From: Verrucomicrobiia bacterium
GTDB lineage: Bacteria > Verrucomicrobiota > Verrucomicrobiia > Limisphaerales > UBA11358
Reading direction: 5' to 3'
Assembly: GCA_036489615.1 (NCBI GenBank)
Contig: DASXFM010000185.1
Coordinates: 274 to 64,273, forward strand
Length of the DNA: 64,000 nucleotides
The position numbers and the translations under genes are program-made. Position 1 is the first letter of the stretch, and each line of letters opens with the position of its first letter. Below, one piece after another: positions 1-14,591 of the stretch. Below the pieces are notes generated by a model, which was not told the DNA's origin, made no database searches, and was given only the letters and a program-made list of their open reading frames with translations.

Positions 1-2913
1 AGCGGCCTCAAGAGATTGAATGCGGACGGGCTTGGTGAGGTGGGCGTCAAACCCGGCATTCTCGCTACGAGCAACATCGTGTTCCATCCCGTACCCAGTT
101 AAAGCAATCCCGCGAAGGTGATTTTTTTTGCCGAGTTCGTTCATCAAATCGTAGCCATTGCCATCGGGCAAGCCGATGTCGGTAATGAGCAAATCGAAGC
201 TTCGACTACCCGCCAAAGCGCGCGCTTCGGCAACGGTGGCGGCAGCGGCAACTTCATAACGACGGCGCGCCAGCAGACCAGCGAGGGTCGTGCGGGTGGG
301 CTCGTGGTCTTCGACCAACAAAATGCGGATGCTTTTGGCGCCTGGACCAGCGGAAACGCTTTGCGGTGGTTTGGTCATAGCCAGATCTCCATTAGCTTCG
401 GCCGCGGCGGCCAGGGGCAATTCCACCGTAAAGGTCGAGCCCTGGTCGCGGCCAGCGCTGGAAGCAACAATTTTCCCGGAGTGTAGTTCGGTAAGTTTTT
501 GAGAAATGCTCAGGCCGAGACCCAGGCCGCCAAAGCGGTGGCCGTTGCCAGCAGCGTGATCGCCTTGCGAAAAGGCGGTGAAGATACCGGCGAGCTCCTC
601 CGGCGTCATCCCGATGCCCGTGTCAGAAATCTTCACGAGAATCTTGTTATCGCTGGAAGTAGTTTCGACAATGATTTGCCCGGCATTGGGCGTAAATTTT
701 ACGGAGTTTTTCAAAAGGTTCCAAAAGATTTGCTGGAGCCGAACGGCATCGGCATAGACGGTGTGATGAGCCGCTTTTAAACGCAGGTCGAGGCCAATCT
801 GTTTTTGGTTCATCTCTTCGCGTACCTGGGCAATGGCATCCTGCAAAGTGGAGCGAAGATTAATGGAATTCTTTTCAAGGATGATTTTGCCGCGCGCGAT
901 GCGGGTCAAATCCAACAGGTCATCAATCAGCCGCGCCTCCATCTCAACGTTCTTGCGGATGGTGTTAAAATCCGTCCGGATACGGGGCGGCAAATCGCGG
1001 TTGTTCATGGCATCGCTGGCGAGCAATAAAACGGGGTTCAAGGGCGTGCGCAACTCATGCGAGAGCGTGGCAAGAAAATCGTCTTTGGCGCGCGAAGCGG
1101 CAAGCAACTCAGTGTGGGCGCGCTTCAACTGGTGCAGGACATGTTCGCGTTCGATAGCGAAGGCGATTTGCGAGGCGATAGTCTGAGCCGGGCGCAGTTC
1201 ATCAAGGGTAAATTGATGCGGTTCGCTGAAATAAAGCATGAATTTCCCGAGCAGGCGGTTTTCGTAGGTGACGGGAATAAAAGCCAATGAGCGGATCCCT
1301 TCTGCTTCAACCACTTTCTTCAAACTGTCATCTAAATGGGCTTCAGTAAGATCATCAATCATGACGGGCTGAGGGACTTCTCCTGGTTTCCAGGGTGAAT
1401 GGCCTTCGACGGCACGACGGTAGCCTTCGGAAATGCCGCGCCAGGATTTAAAACGCATGACTCCATCGGCATCTGACAAAAGGATCGAAGCACGGTCGGT
1501 ATTCTGGCATTGAACAATGGTTTCGAGAGCAACATCGCAAATTTTATCCAACGTAGGAGCGGCGTTGACGGTGGCCACCAGTTCAAACAGTGCGCGCTGC
1601 TGGCGCTCGGTGCGCTTGCGGCCGGTGATGTTGCGGGCAATTTTTGAGGCGCCAATGATTTTCTCACTGGCATCTTTGATGGGGGAAATGGTCAGCGAGA
1701 CATCAATCAGGGTTCCATCTTTGCATTGGCGAATGGTTTCGAAGTGCTTGACTTGTTCACCACGACGGATACGGGCAAGAATATCGACCTCTTCCGTCTG
1801 AAGGTTGGCCGGGATCAACGTCATGATGGATTTGCCGATAATCTCAGAGGCTTTGTATTTGAAAATGCGTTCAGCGCCCTGGTTCCAGCTATTGATGATG
1901 CCATTAATATCTTTGCCGACGATGGCGTCATCTGAAGATTCGACGATAGCCGCAAGACGCTGAGTAACGAGTTGCGCCAGATTGCGATCGGTGACATCCA
2001 GGAGCATGTTGAGCGCGCCGGTGATCTTTCCGGAGACGTCGCGAATGAGAGTAGGATAAGGCAAAACGTTGCGGCGTTCGCCATTCGAGCGTTCAATGAT
2101 CAGTTCCTGGCCACGGACGGGCTCGCCGGTTTTTAACGTGACAGCCATGGGGCTATCAGATCCCTGTACTTCAGTTCCGTCCGGGGTATAGGCTTTAAAG
2201 ATGCCACTCCACTGGTCTTTTCCGATTTCCGGACGGCGTCCCCATAATTCAGCCGCCGCATCGTTGTAAAGGGTGACATAACCCTGGGCATCAGTAGTGT
2301 AAATGGCCACGGGCAAATTGCGGACGACCTGCTTGTAGCGCTCTTCACTGAGGCCCAATTCAGCAGTGCGTTCCTGGACACGCATTTCGAGGTCGTTATT
2401 AGCCTGTCGCAAGGCTTCTTCGGCATTCTTACGGTGGACAACTTCTTTTTCTAAAGCCTGGTTAGCGGCCGTCAACGCGCGGGCAATACGAAACAAATCC
2501 ACGAAGGCACCGACTTTGGATTTGAGGATTTCCGGATTGATGGGCTTGGTCAGATAGTCCACGGCACCGGCGCCGTAACCCATAATGATGTCCTTTTCAT
2601 CAAGGAAAAAAGCCGTAAGGAAAATAATAGGAATGTGCTGGTTGCGTTTACGGGTCTTAATCTGCCGGGCCAGTTCAAGACCACTCATGTCCGGCATCTG
2701 GATATCCAAAACGATACAGGCGAATTCCTTGTTCAGGAGGGCGAGCAACGCTTCCTCGGCGCGTAGAGCGCGGACAAGATTCACCCCGGGCATGGTCTCA
2801 AGGATGCTCTCCAGCGCGTCAAGATTCCGGCTTTCGTCGTCCACGAGCAAAACGTTGACCGGTTCAAGGCCCGGTTTTGTTTCAACATTTTTTTCAGAGG
2901 TAGCTGATTCCAT
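1..2913 (-). CDS. Hybrid sensor histidine kinase (REC-PAS-PAS-GAF-HisKA-HATPase-REC). The 3' end runs off the window.
   Basis: Hand translation of the minus strand from ATG at 2913..2911 gives 971 codons with no stop: MESATSEKNV...VLLVDDESRNLDAL..DIQMPDMSGLE (REC), two PAS-like blocks, a GAF-like block, [16 protein letters not shown] (H-box), DTGIGMTPEE..GGLGLGLSIS (ATPase), ILLVEDHEPTR..DIGLPDGNGYD (REC). It is missing from the ORF track because it has no stop inside the window. Confidence 0.85.
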   Translation of the reverse strand, partial: MESATSEKNVETKPGLEPVNVLLVDDESRNLDALESILETMPGVNLVRALRAEEALLALLNKEFACIVLDIQMPDMSGLELARQIKTRKRNQHIPIIFLTAFFLDEKDIIMGYGAGAVDYLTKPINPEILKSKVGAFVDLFRIARALTAANQALEKEVVHRKNAEEALRQANNDLEMRVQERTAELGLSEERYKQVVRNLPVAIYTTDAQGYVTLYNDAAAELWGRRPEIGKDQWSGIFKAYTPDGTEVQGSDSPMAVTLKTGEPVRGQELIIERSNGERRNVLPYPTLIRDVSGKITGALNMLLDVTDRNLAQLVTQRLAAIVESSDDAIVGKDINGIINSWNQGAERIFKYKASEIIGKSIMTLIPANLQTEEVDILARIRRGEQVKHFETIRQCKDGTLIDVSLTISPIKDASEKIIGASKIARNITGRKRTERQQRALFELVATVNAAPTLDKICDVALETIVQCQNTDRASILLSDADGVMRFKSWRGISEGYRRAVEGHSPWKPGEVPQPVMIDDLTEAHLDDSLKKVVEAEGIRSLAFIPVTYENRLLGKFMLYFSEPHQFTLDELRPAQTIASQIAFAIEREHVLHQLKRAHTELLAASRAKDDFLATLSHELRTPLNPVLLLASDAMNNRDLPPRIRTDFNTIRKNVEMEARLIDDLLDLTRIARGKIILEKNSINLRSTLQDAIAQVREEMNQKQIGLDLRLKAAHHTVYADAVRLQQIFWNLLKNSVKFTPNAGQIIVETTSSDNKILVKISDTGIGMTPEELAGIFTAFSQGDHAAGNGHRFGGLGLGLSISQKLTELHSGKIVASSAGRDQGSTFTVELPLAAAAEANGDLAMTKPPQSVSAGPGAKSIRILLVEDHEPTRTTLAGLLARRRYEVAAAATVAEARALAGSRSFDLLITDIGLPDGNGYDLMNELGKKNHLRGIALTGYGMEHDVARSENAGFDAHLTKPVRIQSLEAA

Positions 2914-2943
2914 ATGAAAAATCGGTCAACGGGTCGAAACTGA

Positions 2944-2992
2944 GAAAAGAAAAAGCGGCCAGCCTCGCTTACCGGTGCATGGCGAGGCGGCG
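2944..2992 (-). terminator. Candidate intrinsic terminator downstream of the giant kinase gene
   Basis: On the minus strand, GCCGCCTCGC..loop..GCGAGGCTGGC is followed by CGCTTTTTCTTTTCT. It lies about 77 nt after the stop at 3069. Confidence 0.55.
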
Positions 2993-3068
2993 GAAAAGCA
3001 TCCCACCCCCACGCGCACCGAGGGCAGGAAGGACGGTCCCCACGAAATTTCTGGAAATAATTTCATCA

Positions 3069-9626
<6,558 letters not shown>

Positions 9627-9742
9627 GATAAAATGATTCTTCGTTGCTAAAATTTATTTAACCCGTTACGTGTTGGGCGTCGCGAAATCCAGAAACCTGT
9701 GACTTCTGACATACCCAAAAGACTGATTGGGCAGTTTACAGT

Positions 9743-9758
9743 GGCAAAAAATGTGCCA
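9743..9758 (-). promoter_or_regulatory. Sigma-54 type -24/-12 promoter for the giant kinase gene
   Basis: The minus strand reads TGGCAC-ATTTT-TTGCC, an exact fit to TGGCAC-N5-TTGC. It lies about 115 nt upstream of the ATG at 9626. Confidence 0.7.
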
Positions 9759-9835
9759 GAGCGGATTTTAATTCGATTTGTTGGAAAATCCAAGGGAGGA
9801 TGGGCTTTCTGCATGATTTGAGGCTAAGAAAAATA

Positions 9836-9877
9836 TGCAAAATGCAAAAGCGTTTTGGCGCTCTATTGCAAACTGCA
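9836..9877. promoter_or_regulatory. Pair of TGCA-N3-TGCA boxes (candidate upstream activator site)
   Basis: TGCAaaaTGCA at 9836-9846 and TGCAaacTGCA at 9867-9877, 20 nt apart. They lie about 80-120 bp upstream of the sigma-54 promoter at 9743-9758. Confidence 0.45.
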
Positions 9878-9932
9878 TATATATAATATATCGGCTATAG
9901 AGTCTTAGTTGGTTTTGGCCAGTCTTCCCCAA

Positions 9933-10625
9933 CTAGATCGGCAACGAAAAGAAAAAGCAGGAACCGCCAGGTCTGGATTCGTAACCGCAAACGCCACCTT
10001 GAAGCTCGATTAATCTTTGGACGATGGAGAGACCAAAACCCTTGCCGCCTTCGGGCCGGTGCAAGGTATGGAACGGGCGGAAAAGGCATTTTTGCATTAT
10101 TTCGGGCACACCACCGCCATTGTCGCAGACCTCAAAACGATAGAGACCGTTTTCCTCGCGCCAGGTCAATTCGATGCGGGTGTTATCTGCGGTGTGCTGG
10201 ATGGCGTTCATCAAAAGGTTCCACCAAATTTCTTCAAGCCACTTGGACACACCGTTGACCTGGGGCCATGAACCGGGGTCAACAATGGTGGCATTTTTCT
10301 TAAGCGCCCGGCTTTCAACCCGTTGGAACGCCATGGCAACAGCTTCATTCATGCGCACGGGCGTTTTTGGAAGCGGTTCGGCAGAGGCGCGGGTAATAAA
10401 ACTGATTTGCTTGATCAAATGGGTCAGATCGTCCAACGAATCGGAAATTGAGTGCGTCAGCGTTACCGGCAAATTTTTTTCGGCGAGAATTTCGCGCAAT
10501 ACTTCCGTAGCCGTCATGATGCCGCCGAGCGGGGTCCGCAAATCATGGCTGACACGGGTCGCCATGGTCAACAGGTCGCCACGCAAGCGCGCATTTTCGC
10601 CCACATTGTTGAATCCATTTTGCAT
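9933..10625 (-). CDS. Small soluble histidine kinase core (HisKA + HATPase, no sensor domain)
   Basis: 230 aa. H-box TRVSHDLRTPLGGI, N-box WWNLLMNAIQH, G-boxes DNGGGVPE and GKGFGLSIVQ. No TM segment. Confidence 0.85.
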   Translation of the reverse strand: MQNGFNNVGENARLRGDLLTMATRVSHDLRTPLGGIMTATEVLREILAEKNLPVTLTHSISDSLDDLTHLIKQISFITRASAEPLPKTPVRMNEAVAMAFQRVESRALKKNATIVDPGSWPQVNGVSKWLEEIWWNLLMNAIQHTADNTRIELTWREENGLYRFEVCDNGGGVPEIMQKCLFRPFHTLHRPEGGKGFGLSIVQRLIELQGGVCGYESRPGGSCFFFSLPI

Positions 10626-10744
10626 TAGGTCATTCTCTTTCCGCCTGGTTCAGCAGGACTGTAAGCCGGACACATATTGAAATCACATTTCAGGCGCTGC
10701 CAAGCTTAATGTGCCGGCGGCGGCAGCAGTCTTGAAAGAAAATT

Positions 10745-11464
10745 TTAATGGGTCATTGCTCCGGCATTGGTTGAGATGACTTTTGCGGGCGGCTTAACAA
10801 AGATAGATGCCGGAGGCGGCATATTTCCCATATCATATTGGGGGGACCAAATCTTATATTTCTCGGCCTTTTTCGCGGTCTTCGCTTTTTCCGGAATATC
10901 GGTGGCTACCCACGAGATAAAAAGAATTTTATGATAGTCGTGATGAGCTTTGCCGATGAGGGGGCCACTGGAATAAATATGAGCCCGCGATTGGTTCACA
11001 TAAGCGAGCAAGGCAATCTTGGCATAGGAATGCTGGGTCTGCGTTTTGTAGAGTGCAATTTCGGGAATTTCAATCGGAACAGACAAGGGAATGGGAACTG
11101 ACATGTTGGGAATACCAAACAAGATCGTATCGTTGTCAATCGCCAGCGCACCGGCACGGGCCTCAATGATCACATCCGCATTGGTTTCGGTGTTAACGAG
11201 AAGAGCGCCGGCACGGAACAACGCATCACGAATTTCGCCGATGGCATATTTGGAATCGTAACTATCAAAATAGGTGGTATCCAAATAAACGGTGCGGCCG
11301 GCGAACATGTCGAGATCGACCGATGACAAAGCACGATCGGCGGAACTGCTCAGAAGGAGTTGTTCGGTGGCCGAGCGTGGCGGGTTGGTGACCAAAGAGG
11401 AGGCGCAACCGGCGGAAAAAAACGCGACGGCAAGAAACATTGCCAGAACACGCATAGGTTGCAT
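10745..11464 (-). CDS. Lipoprotein of unknown function
   Basis: The ORF is trimmed to MQPMRVLAMFLAVAFFSAGC (lipobox SAGC). The earlier ATG at 11503 would sit at or upstream of the predicted transcription start of the promoter at 11513-11528. Confidence 0.7.
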   Translation of the reverse strand: MQPMRVLAMFLAVAFFSAGCASSLVTNPPRSATEQLLLSSSADRALSSVDLDMFAGRTVYLDTTYFDSYDSKYAIGEIRDALFRAGALLVNTETNADVIIEARAGALAIDNDTILFGIPNMSVPIPLSVPIEIPEIALYKTQTQHSYAKIALLAYVNQSRAHIYSSGPLIGKAHHDYHKILFISWVATDIPEKAKTAKKAEKYKIWSPQYDMGNMPPPASIFVKPPAKVISTNAGAMTH

Positions 11465-11512
11465 TAAGATCAAAAACGAATTATTTCGCACCTCCATAAG
11501 CACAGCGCCTTT

Positions 11513-11528
11513 TGCAGGTTGTGTGCCA
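11513..11528 (-). promoter_or_regulatory. Sigma-54 type promoter
   Basis: The minus strand reads TGGCAC-ACAAC-CTGCA. Confidence 0.6.
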
Positions 11529-11551
11529 TGAATTCTTTGCCCTGCCCCGCT

Positions 11552-11755
11552 TTATCGTTTGGATGGCACGACTGCCAATATTACTCCGCAGATAGCGGAG
11601 GCAATGCCACCAAGCAAGAGCCACATGGTTTTATTGGTCGGCGTTCCATTGAACGTCCGCGAGATGGATGAGCTGGTTGAGTTTGAGGCGTCTACGCCAT
11701 AAATAATCAGGGCGATACCCACGGCGAGCAGTGCGAGTCCAATTGCTTTATTCAT
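11552..11755 (-). CDS. DUF3185-like small two-TM membrane protein
   Basis: 67 aa: MNKAIGLALLAVGIALIIYGVDASNS..SRTFNGTPTNKTMWLLLGGIASAICGVIL. This matches the pattern I recognise for DUF3185. Confidence 0.8.
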   Translation of the reverse strand: MNKAIGLALLAVGIALIIYGVDASNSTSSSISRTFNGTPTNKTMWLLLGGIASAICGVILAVVPSKR

Positions 11756-11777
11756 AATTTAATTAGGGGTTAGTTGG

Positions 11778-11939
11778 TTATCCACGGATCAAGCCAAACA
11801 CGAGGGTGGCGAGAAAGAGAATGATAAAAATAGTGAAGAGAACGCGGGCAATTCCCACGGCTGCTCCGGCAACGCCGGTGAAACCAAGCGCTCCTGCGAT
11901 GAGCGCAACAACCAAGAATATAAGTGTCCAGCTTAACAT
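11778..11939 (-). CDS. DUF1328 / UPF0391 (YtjA-like) small membrane protein
   Basis: Internal start gives MLSWTLIFLVVALIAGALGFTGVAGAAVGIARVLFTIFIILFLATLVFGLIRG (53 aa). A GGGAGG Shine-Dalgarno sits just upstream. The longer ORF-track version adds a non-homologous leader. Confidence 0.85.
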   Translation of the reverse strand: MLSWTLIFLVVALIAGALGFTGVAGAAVGIARVLFTIFIILFLATLVFGLIRG

Positions 11940-11978
11940 AAGTAGTACCTCCCGTTTTAATTTGTTAATTCCCTTATT

Positions 11979-11994
11979 AGCCCAAATCATGCCA
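11979..11994 (-). promoter_or_regulatory. Sigma-54 type promoter (weaker -12 element)
   Basis: The minus strand reads TGGCAT-GATTT-GGGCT, about 40 nt upstream of the DUF1328 ATG. Confidence 0.5.
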
Positions 11995-12027
11995 GCCCTT
12001 TCCAGGGCAAAATTCAGCTTTTTGGAA

Positions 12028-12061
12028 TGCAGAATGCAATTTTGCAGATTTGAACCTTGCA
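12028..12061. promoter_or_regulatory. TGCA box cluster
   Basis: TGCAgaaTGCA at 12028-12038, with further TGCA at 12043 and 12058. It lies 35-70 bp upstream of the promoter at 11979-11994. Confidence 0.4.
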
Positions 12062-12434
12062 TAATGTACCGGTAACGGTTCGTAGAACTAATTGGGCTGG
12101 TTATGGGAGATTTTCCTGCTGTTTAAGCGAGGTGTGGAATAGGCGGGGCGACGAAATAATCGATGTAATTCTGTTTTCTCGCGCATAAGGATATTTTTTC
12201 GCCGGACGGTAAGATTTGAGCCGGCGCGGTTGGTATAAAAACCCAGCATGGACATCGCGGATTGGAAGGGCGTTCCTTTACGACGACGGCTACGCAAGGC
12301 GGAACGTTTAGTGAAAGTGTGATCCGGCGTGCATCGCCCATGGTAAAAAAACATTTTTGCAAATCGAGCGCGTCGCAGCCATGGGCGGCAGCCGACCAAC
12401 GGCTCCCTGATCTAGCGTTCATCCTGTACCTCTA

Positions 12435-12584
12435 TTAGTGGCGTTTGAAAAACTGCACCTGGCGCTCATGACGTTTGGCGGCCTCAAGGGTTTGGAATGT
12501 ACCGAGGTTCCGGCGTTCGCCGGTTTCCGGGTTGCGTTTCCGAGAGTAAAGTCGATATCCACCGTTTTTTAGTTTACGTATCAT
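12435..12584 (-). CDS. Small basic protein, 49 aa (below the ORF-track cutoff)
   Basis: Hand translation gives MIRKLKNGGYRLYSRKRNPETGERRNLGTFQTLEAAKRHERQVQFFKRH*. It resembles a small conserved hypothetical family I have seen, but I cannot name it. Confidence 0.5.
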   Translation of the reverse strand: MIRKLKNGGYRLYSRKRNPETGERRNLGTFQTLEAAKRHERQVQFFKRH

Positions 12585-12663
12585 AAATTATTTTACGACA
12601 TCCTTATCTGCATCGTTTTTGCCAAGGACAGCGGAAAAGCTCGTATCTTCTGTGGGATAATTC

Positions 12664-12679
12664 AGCCCGAAATGTGCCA
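12664..12679 (-). promoter_or_regulatory. Sigma-54 type promoter (weaker -12 element)
   Basis: The minus strand reads TGGCAC-ATTTC-GGGCT, nearly the same as the element at 11979-11994. It lies about 80 nt upstream of the 49-aa ORF. Confidence 0.45.
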
Positions 12680-12711
12680 ATGAAATCCAAGCATAATCCC
12701 CAAAACCTAAA

Positions 12712-12746
12712 TGCAGAGTGCAATTTTTGAAGAGTTACATCATGCA
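12712..12746. promoter_or_regulatory. TGCA box cluster shared by two divergent promoters
   Basis: TGCAgagTGCA at 12712-12722, plus TGCA at 12743-12746 (20 nt spacing). Confidence 0.4.
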
Positions 12747-12827
12747 GTATCATACTTATAAATATTTAAAAACGCTGATTTTGGCTGGATTATGATGGGG
12801 ATTTAGCACTTGCGATTCGGCTAGCCA

Positions 12828-12843
12828 TGGCACTTCTGATGCT
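12828..12843 (+). promoter_or_regulatory. Sigma-54 type promoter
   Basis: TGGCAC-TTCTG-ATGCT. The -12 GC is at 12841-12842, only about 13 nt before the ATG at 12855. Confidence 0.6.
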
Positions 12844-12854
12844 GAAATAGAGTT

Positions 12855-13397
12855 ATGAAAACTAAAATTATTCTACCTATTGTCATCGCTGGCTTTTCGG
12901 CGATGTGTTACGGAGCGGGAGGAACAACGGGCGCGCCGACTGGAGGTGCATCAGCAGGAGCCAGCGGCGCTGCGGGGGCGCCGGGTGCTTCAGGAATCGC
13001 TGTGCCGGGCAATATACCAGGACCTAACGGCACTGCAGTTGGCTCATCTCCCGGAGGGCGGGCAAATCATAACGTTCGAGTGGTGCCCAGACGAATTAAT
13101 CCAAACGCTGCTGCGAACAGGCAAAATCAATTAAACACGCAGAATGGAATGAACATGCAAAATGATGTAAATGCGCGGAATGGTCAGAATGGTATCAATG
13201 GCAATGCCAACGCGAATGTAACCATCACACCAAATGCCCCCGTCAATAATGCAAACGGGACAGTCAATCGGAGTAGCACGGTGAATACACGCAGAGCGGT
13301 CAAAGCCCCGACTTATCAGCGTATTTCGCCGAACGGGAATGATGTTCCCGCAAATAACAATAATAATGCGAACAACCCACCTGATGAACAGCCTTAG
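12855..13397 (+). CDS. Secreted low-complexity (G/A then N/Q-rich) protein
   Basis: Signal-peptide-like MKTKIILPIVIAGFSAMCYGAGG, followed by GA-rich and N-rich tracts. No recognisable domain. Confidence 0.6.
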   Translation: MKTKIILPIVIAGFSAMCYGAGGTTGAPTGGASAGASGAAGAPGASGIAVPGNIPGPNGTAVGSSPGGRANHNVRVVPRRINPNAAANRQNQLNTQNGMNMQNDVNARNGQNGINGNANANVTITPNAPVNNANGTVNRSSTVNTRRAVKAPTYQRISPNGNDVPANNNNNANNPPDEQP

Positions 13398-13426
13398 AAA
13401 AAAACATCAAAAACTTATTCGGACTT

Positions 13427-13993
13427 ATGAAAACAAAAAATTTTCTTTCACTTGCTTTAACGAGCATGACCGCAATATGCAGCGGAGCTCCCGTCGGGAC
13501 AGTGGTTGGGCCAGTTCGTTCACCGACATCCGCTACCCCGGAGCCAACTACATCACAAACGCCAGGGTTGACGCTGCCCCCAGCCAGCATTCCGGCCAAT
13601 CCCAATATTAATCCGAATGTGCCTGGCGATGTTAACGGCAACGGCCGTTTTAATACTGGCTTCGCCAATACCAATTCTCTCTATTCGATCACCAATCCGC
13701 CGGGACAGGGATTTAACCAGCCGTTTGGAAATGCGCCAGGTGGTGCAATCACGCCTCAACAACCCGGCATTAATTCGCAAGTTACGCCAGGCAATACTTT
13801 GCCAACGAGAAGTTCCGCACCGGCAACGGCATCGCCGCCCTATGGCAACAATCCACTTCCAGCGACGGTTGCACCGCAGCCGGGCGTCAACTCAGTACCT
13901 CCAGCAACCACGGCGGTACCGTCAGGAGTAAATTCAATGCCACCGGCTAATACAGCAGTGCCGCAAGGCAACTCCACTCCTCTCAATCCATAA
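13427..13993 (+). CDS. Secreted low-complexity (P/T/N-rich) protein
   Basis: Signal-peptide-like MKTKNFLSLALTSMTAICSGAP, followed by P/N/T/G-rich sequence. It shares the MKTK start with the upstream gene. Confidence 0.6.
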   Translation: MKTKNFLSLALTSMTAICSGAPVGTVVGPVRSPTSATPEPTTSQTPGLTLPPASIPANPNINPNVPGDVNGNGRFNTGFANTNSLYSITNPPGQGFNQPFGNAPGGAITPQQPGINSQVTPGNTLPTRSSAPATASPPYGNNPLPATVAPQPGVNSVPPATTAVPSGVNSMPPANTAVPQGNSTPLNP

Positions 13994-14018
13994 TAAGGAG
14001 GAGCCAGATATTCACGAA

Positions 14019-14053
14019 AGACCGATGCCTGAACGGGCATGGTCTTTGTTTTT
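14019..14053 (+). terminator. Intrinsic terminator
   Basis: GACCGATGCC-loop-GGCATGGTC followed by TTTGTTTTT. Confidence 0.7.
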
Positions 14054-14063
14054 AAAAATAAAC

Positions 14064-14100
14064 TAAAAAAGCAAAAGCCGACGCTAGATGCGCCGGCTTG
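14064..14100 (-). terminator. Intrinsic terminator for the BON gene
   Basis: On the minus strand, AAGCCGGCGC-loop-GCGTCGGCTT (one mismatch) followed by TTGCTTTTTTAG. Confidence 0.6.
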
Positions 14101-14146
14101 CTCACTTCGCCTACCTTATCAATGACCGGACGGAACCGGTTCCCCA

Positions 14147-14485
14147 CTATTGATTCGATTGGACCGTGATATTGTTTTCAACATCGGTTACGCCTTGAAC
14201 ATTTTTGGTAATGTCCTTGGCCTCGGACTTTTGGTCCGAGTTTTGAACAAATCCGCTCAACTGTACGGTGCCGCGATAAACGTCGACATTCACATTGTCG
14301 AATTTATATTCAGCATTGTCTTTCAACGCGTCGTGCACTTCACGCTGCAGGGTTTTGTCATCAATGTACTGGCCAGTGCTACGGCTGTTGTCGCTCGAGG
14401 CGCAACCGGTAAAGGTGCCAACGGCAGTGGTGGTTAACAGACCCAAACAAAGGGCCAAACTTACTAATTTACTGGTGTTTTTCAT
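14147..14485 (-). CDS. BON-domain lipoprotein (OsmY-like)
   Basis: 112 aa, lipobox FTGC. DDKTLQREVHDALKDN...VDVYRGTVQLSGFVQNSDQKSEAKDITKNVQGVTDVENNITV is a typical BON domain. Confidence 0.9.
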   Translation of the reverse strand: MKNTSKLVSLALCLGLLTTTAVGTFTGCASSDNSRSTGQYIDDKTLQREVHDALKDNAEYKFDNVNVDVYRGTVQLSGFVQNSDQKSEAKDITKNVQGVTDVENNITVQSNQ

Positions 14486-14552
14486 GATGTCTCCTTTTTT
14501 AGTTGTTTTATAGTTCTACCATCTACTAACTCCTACTCCTTTGCGCTTCTTT

Positions 14553-14568
14553 AGCTCATCTCATGCCA
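14553..14568 (-). promoter_or_regulatory. Weak sigma-54 type promoter candidate
   Basis: The minus strand reads TGGCAT-GAGAT-GAGCT. The GG-N10-GC spacing is correct but the -12 element is poor. Confidence 0.4.
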
Positions 14569-14591
14569 TAGGTGTGAGAAATACATAAACG

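Noticed and set aside
118-2917. Short ORFs from the track on both strands covering the first 2.9 kb
   Set aside because: All are out of frame with, or antisense to, a continuous minus-strand reading frame (ATG at 2913) that encodes a multi-domain histidine kinase. That frame is absent from the track only because it has no stop codon inside the window.
9905-9936. Hairpin TAGTTGG..CCAACTA at the end of the small kinase gene as a terminator
   Set aside because: No T-tract follows on the transcribed (minus) strand, and it overlaps the stop codon.
12088-12422. Two overlapping minus-strand ORFs (103 aa and 99 aa)
   Set aside because: They are Arg/Cys/Pro-rich, overlap each other in different frames, and have no motif or ribosome-binding site. 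The region is reported as unassigned rather than coding.
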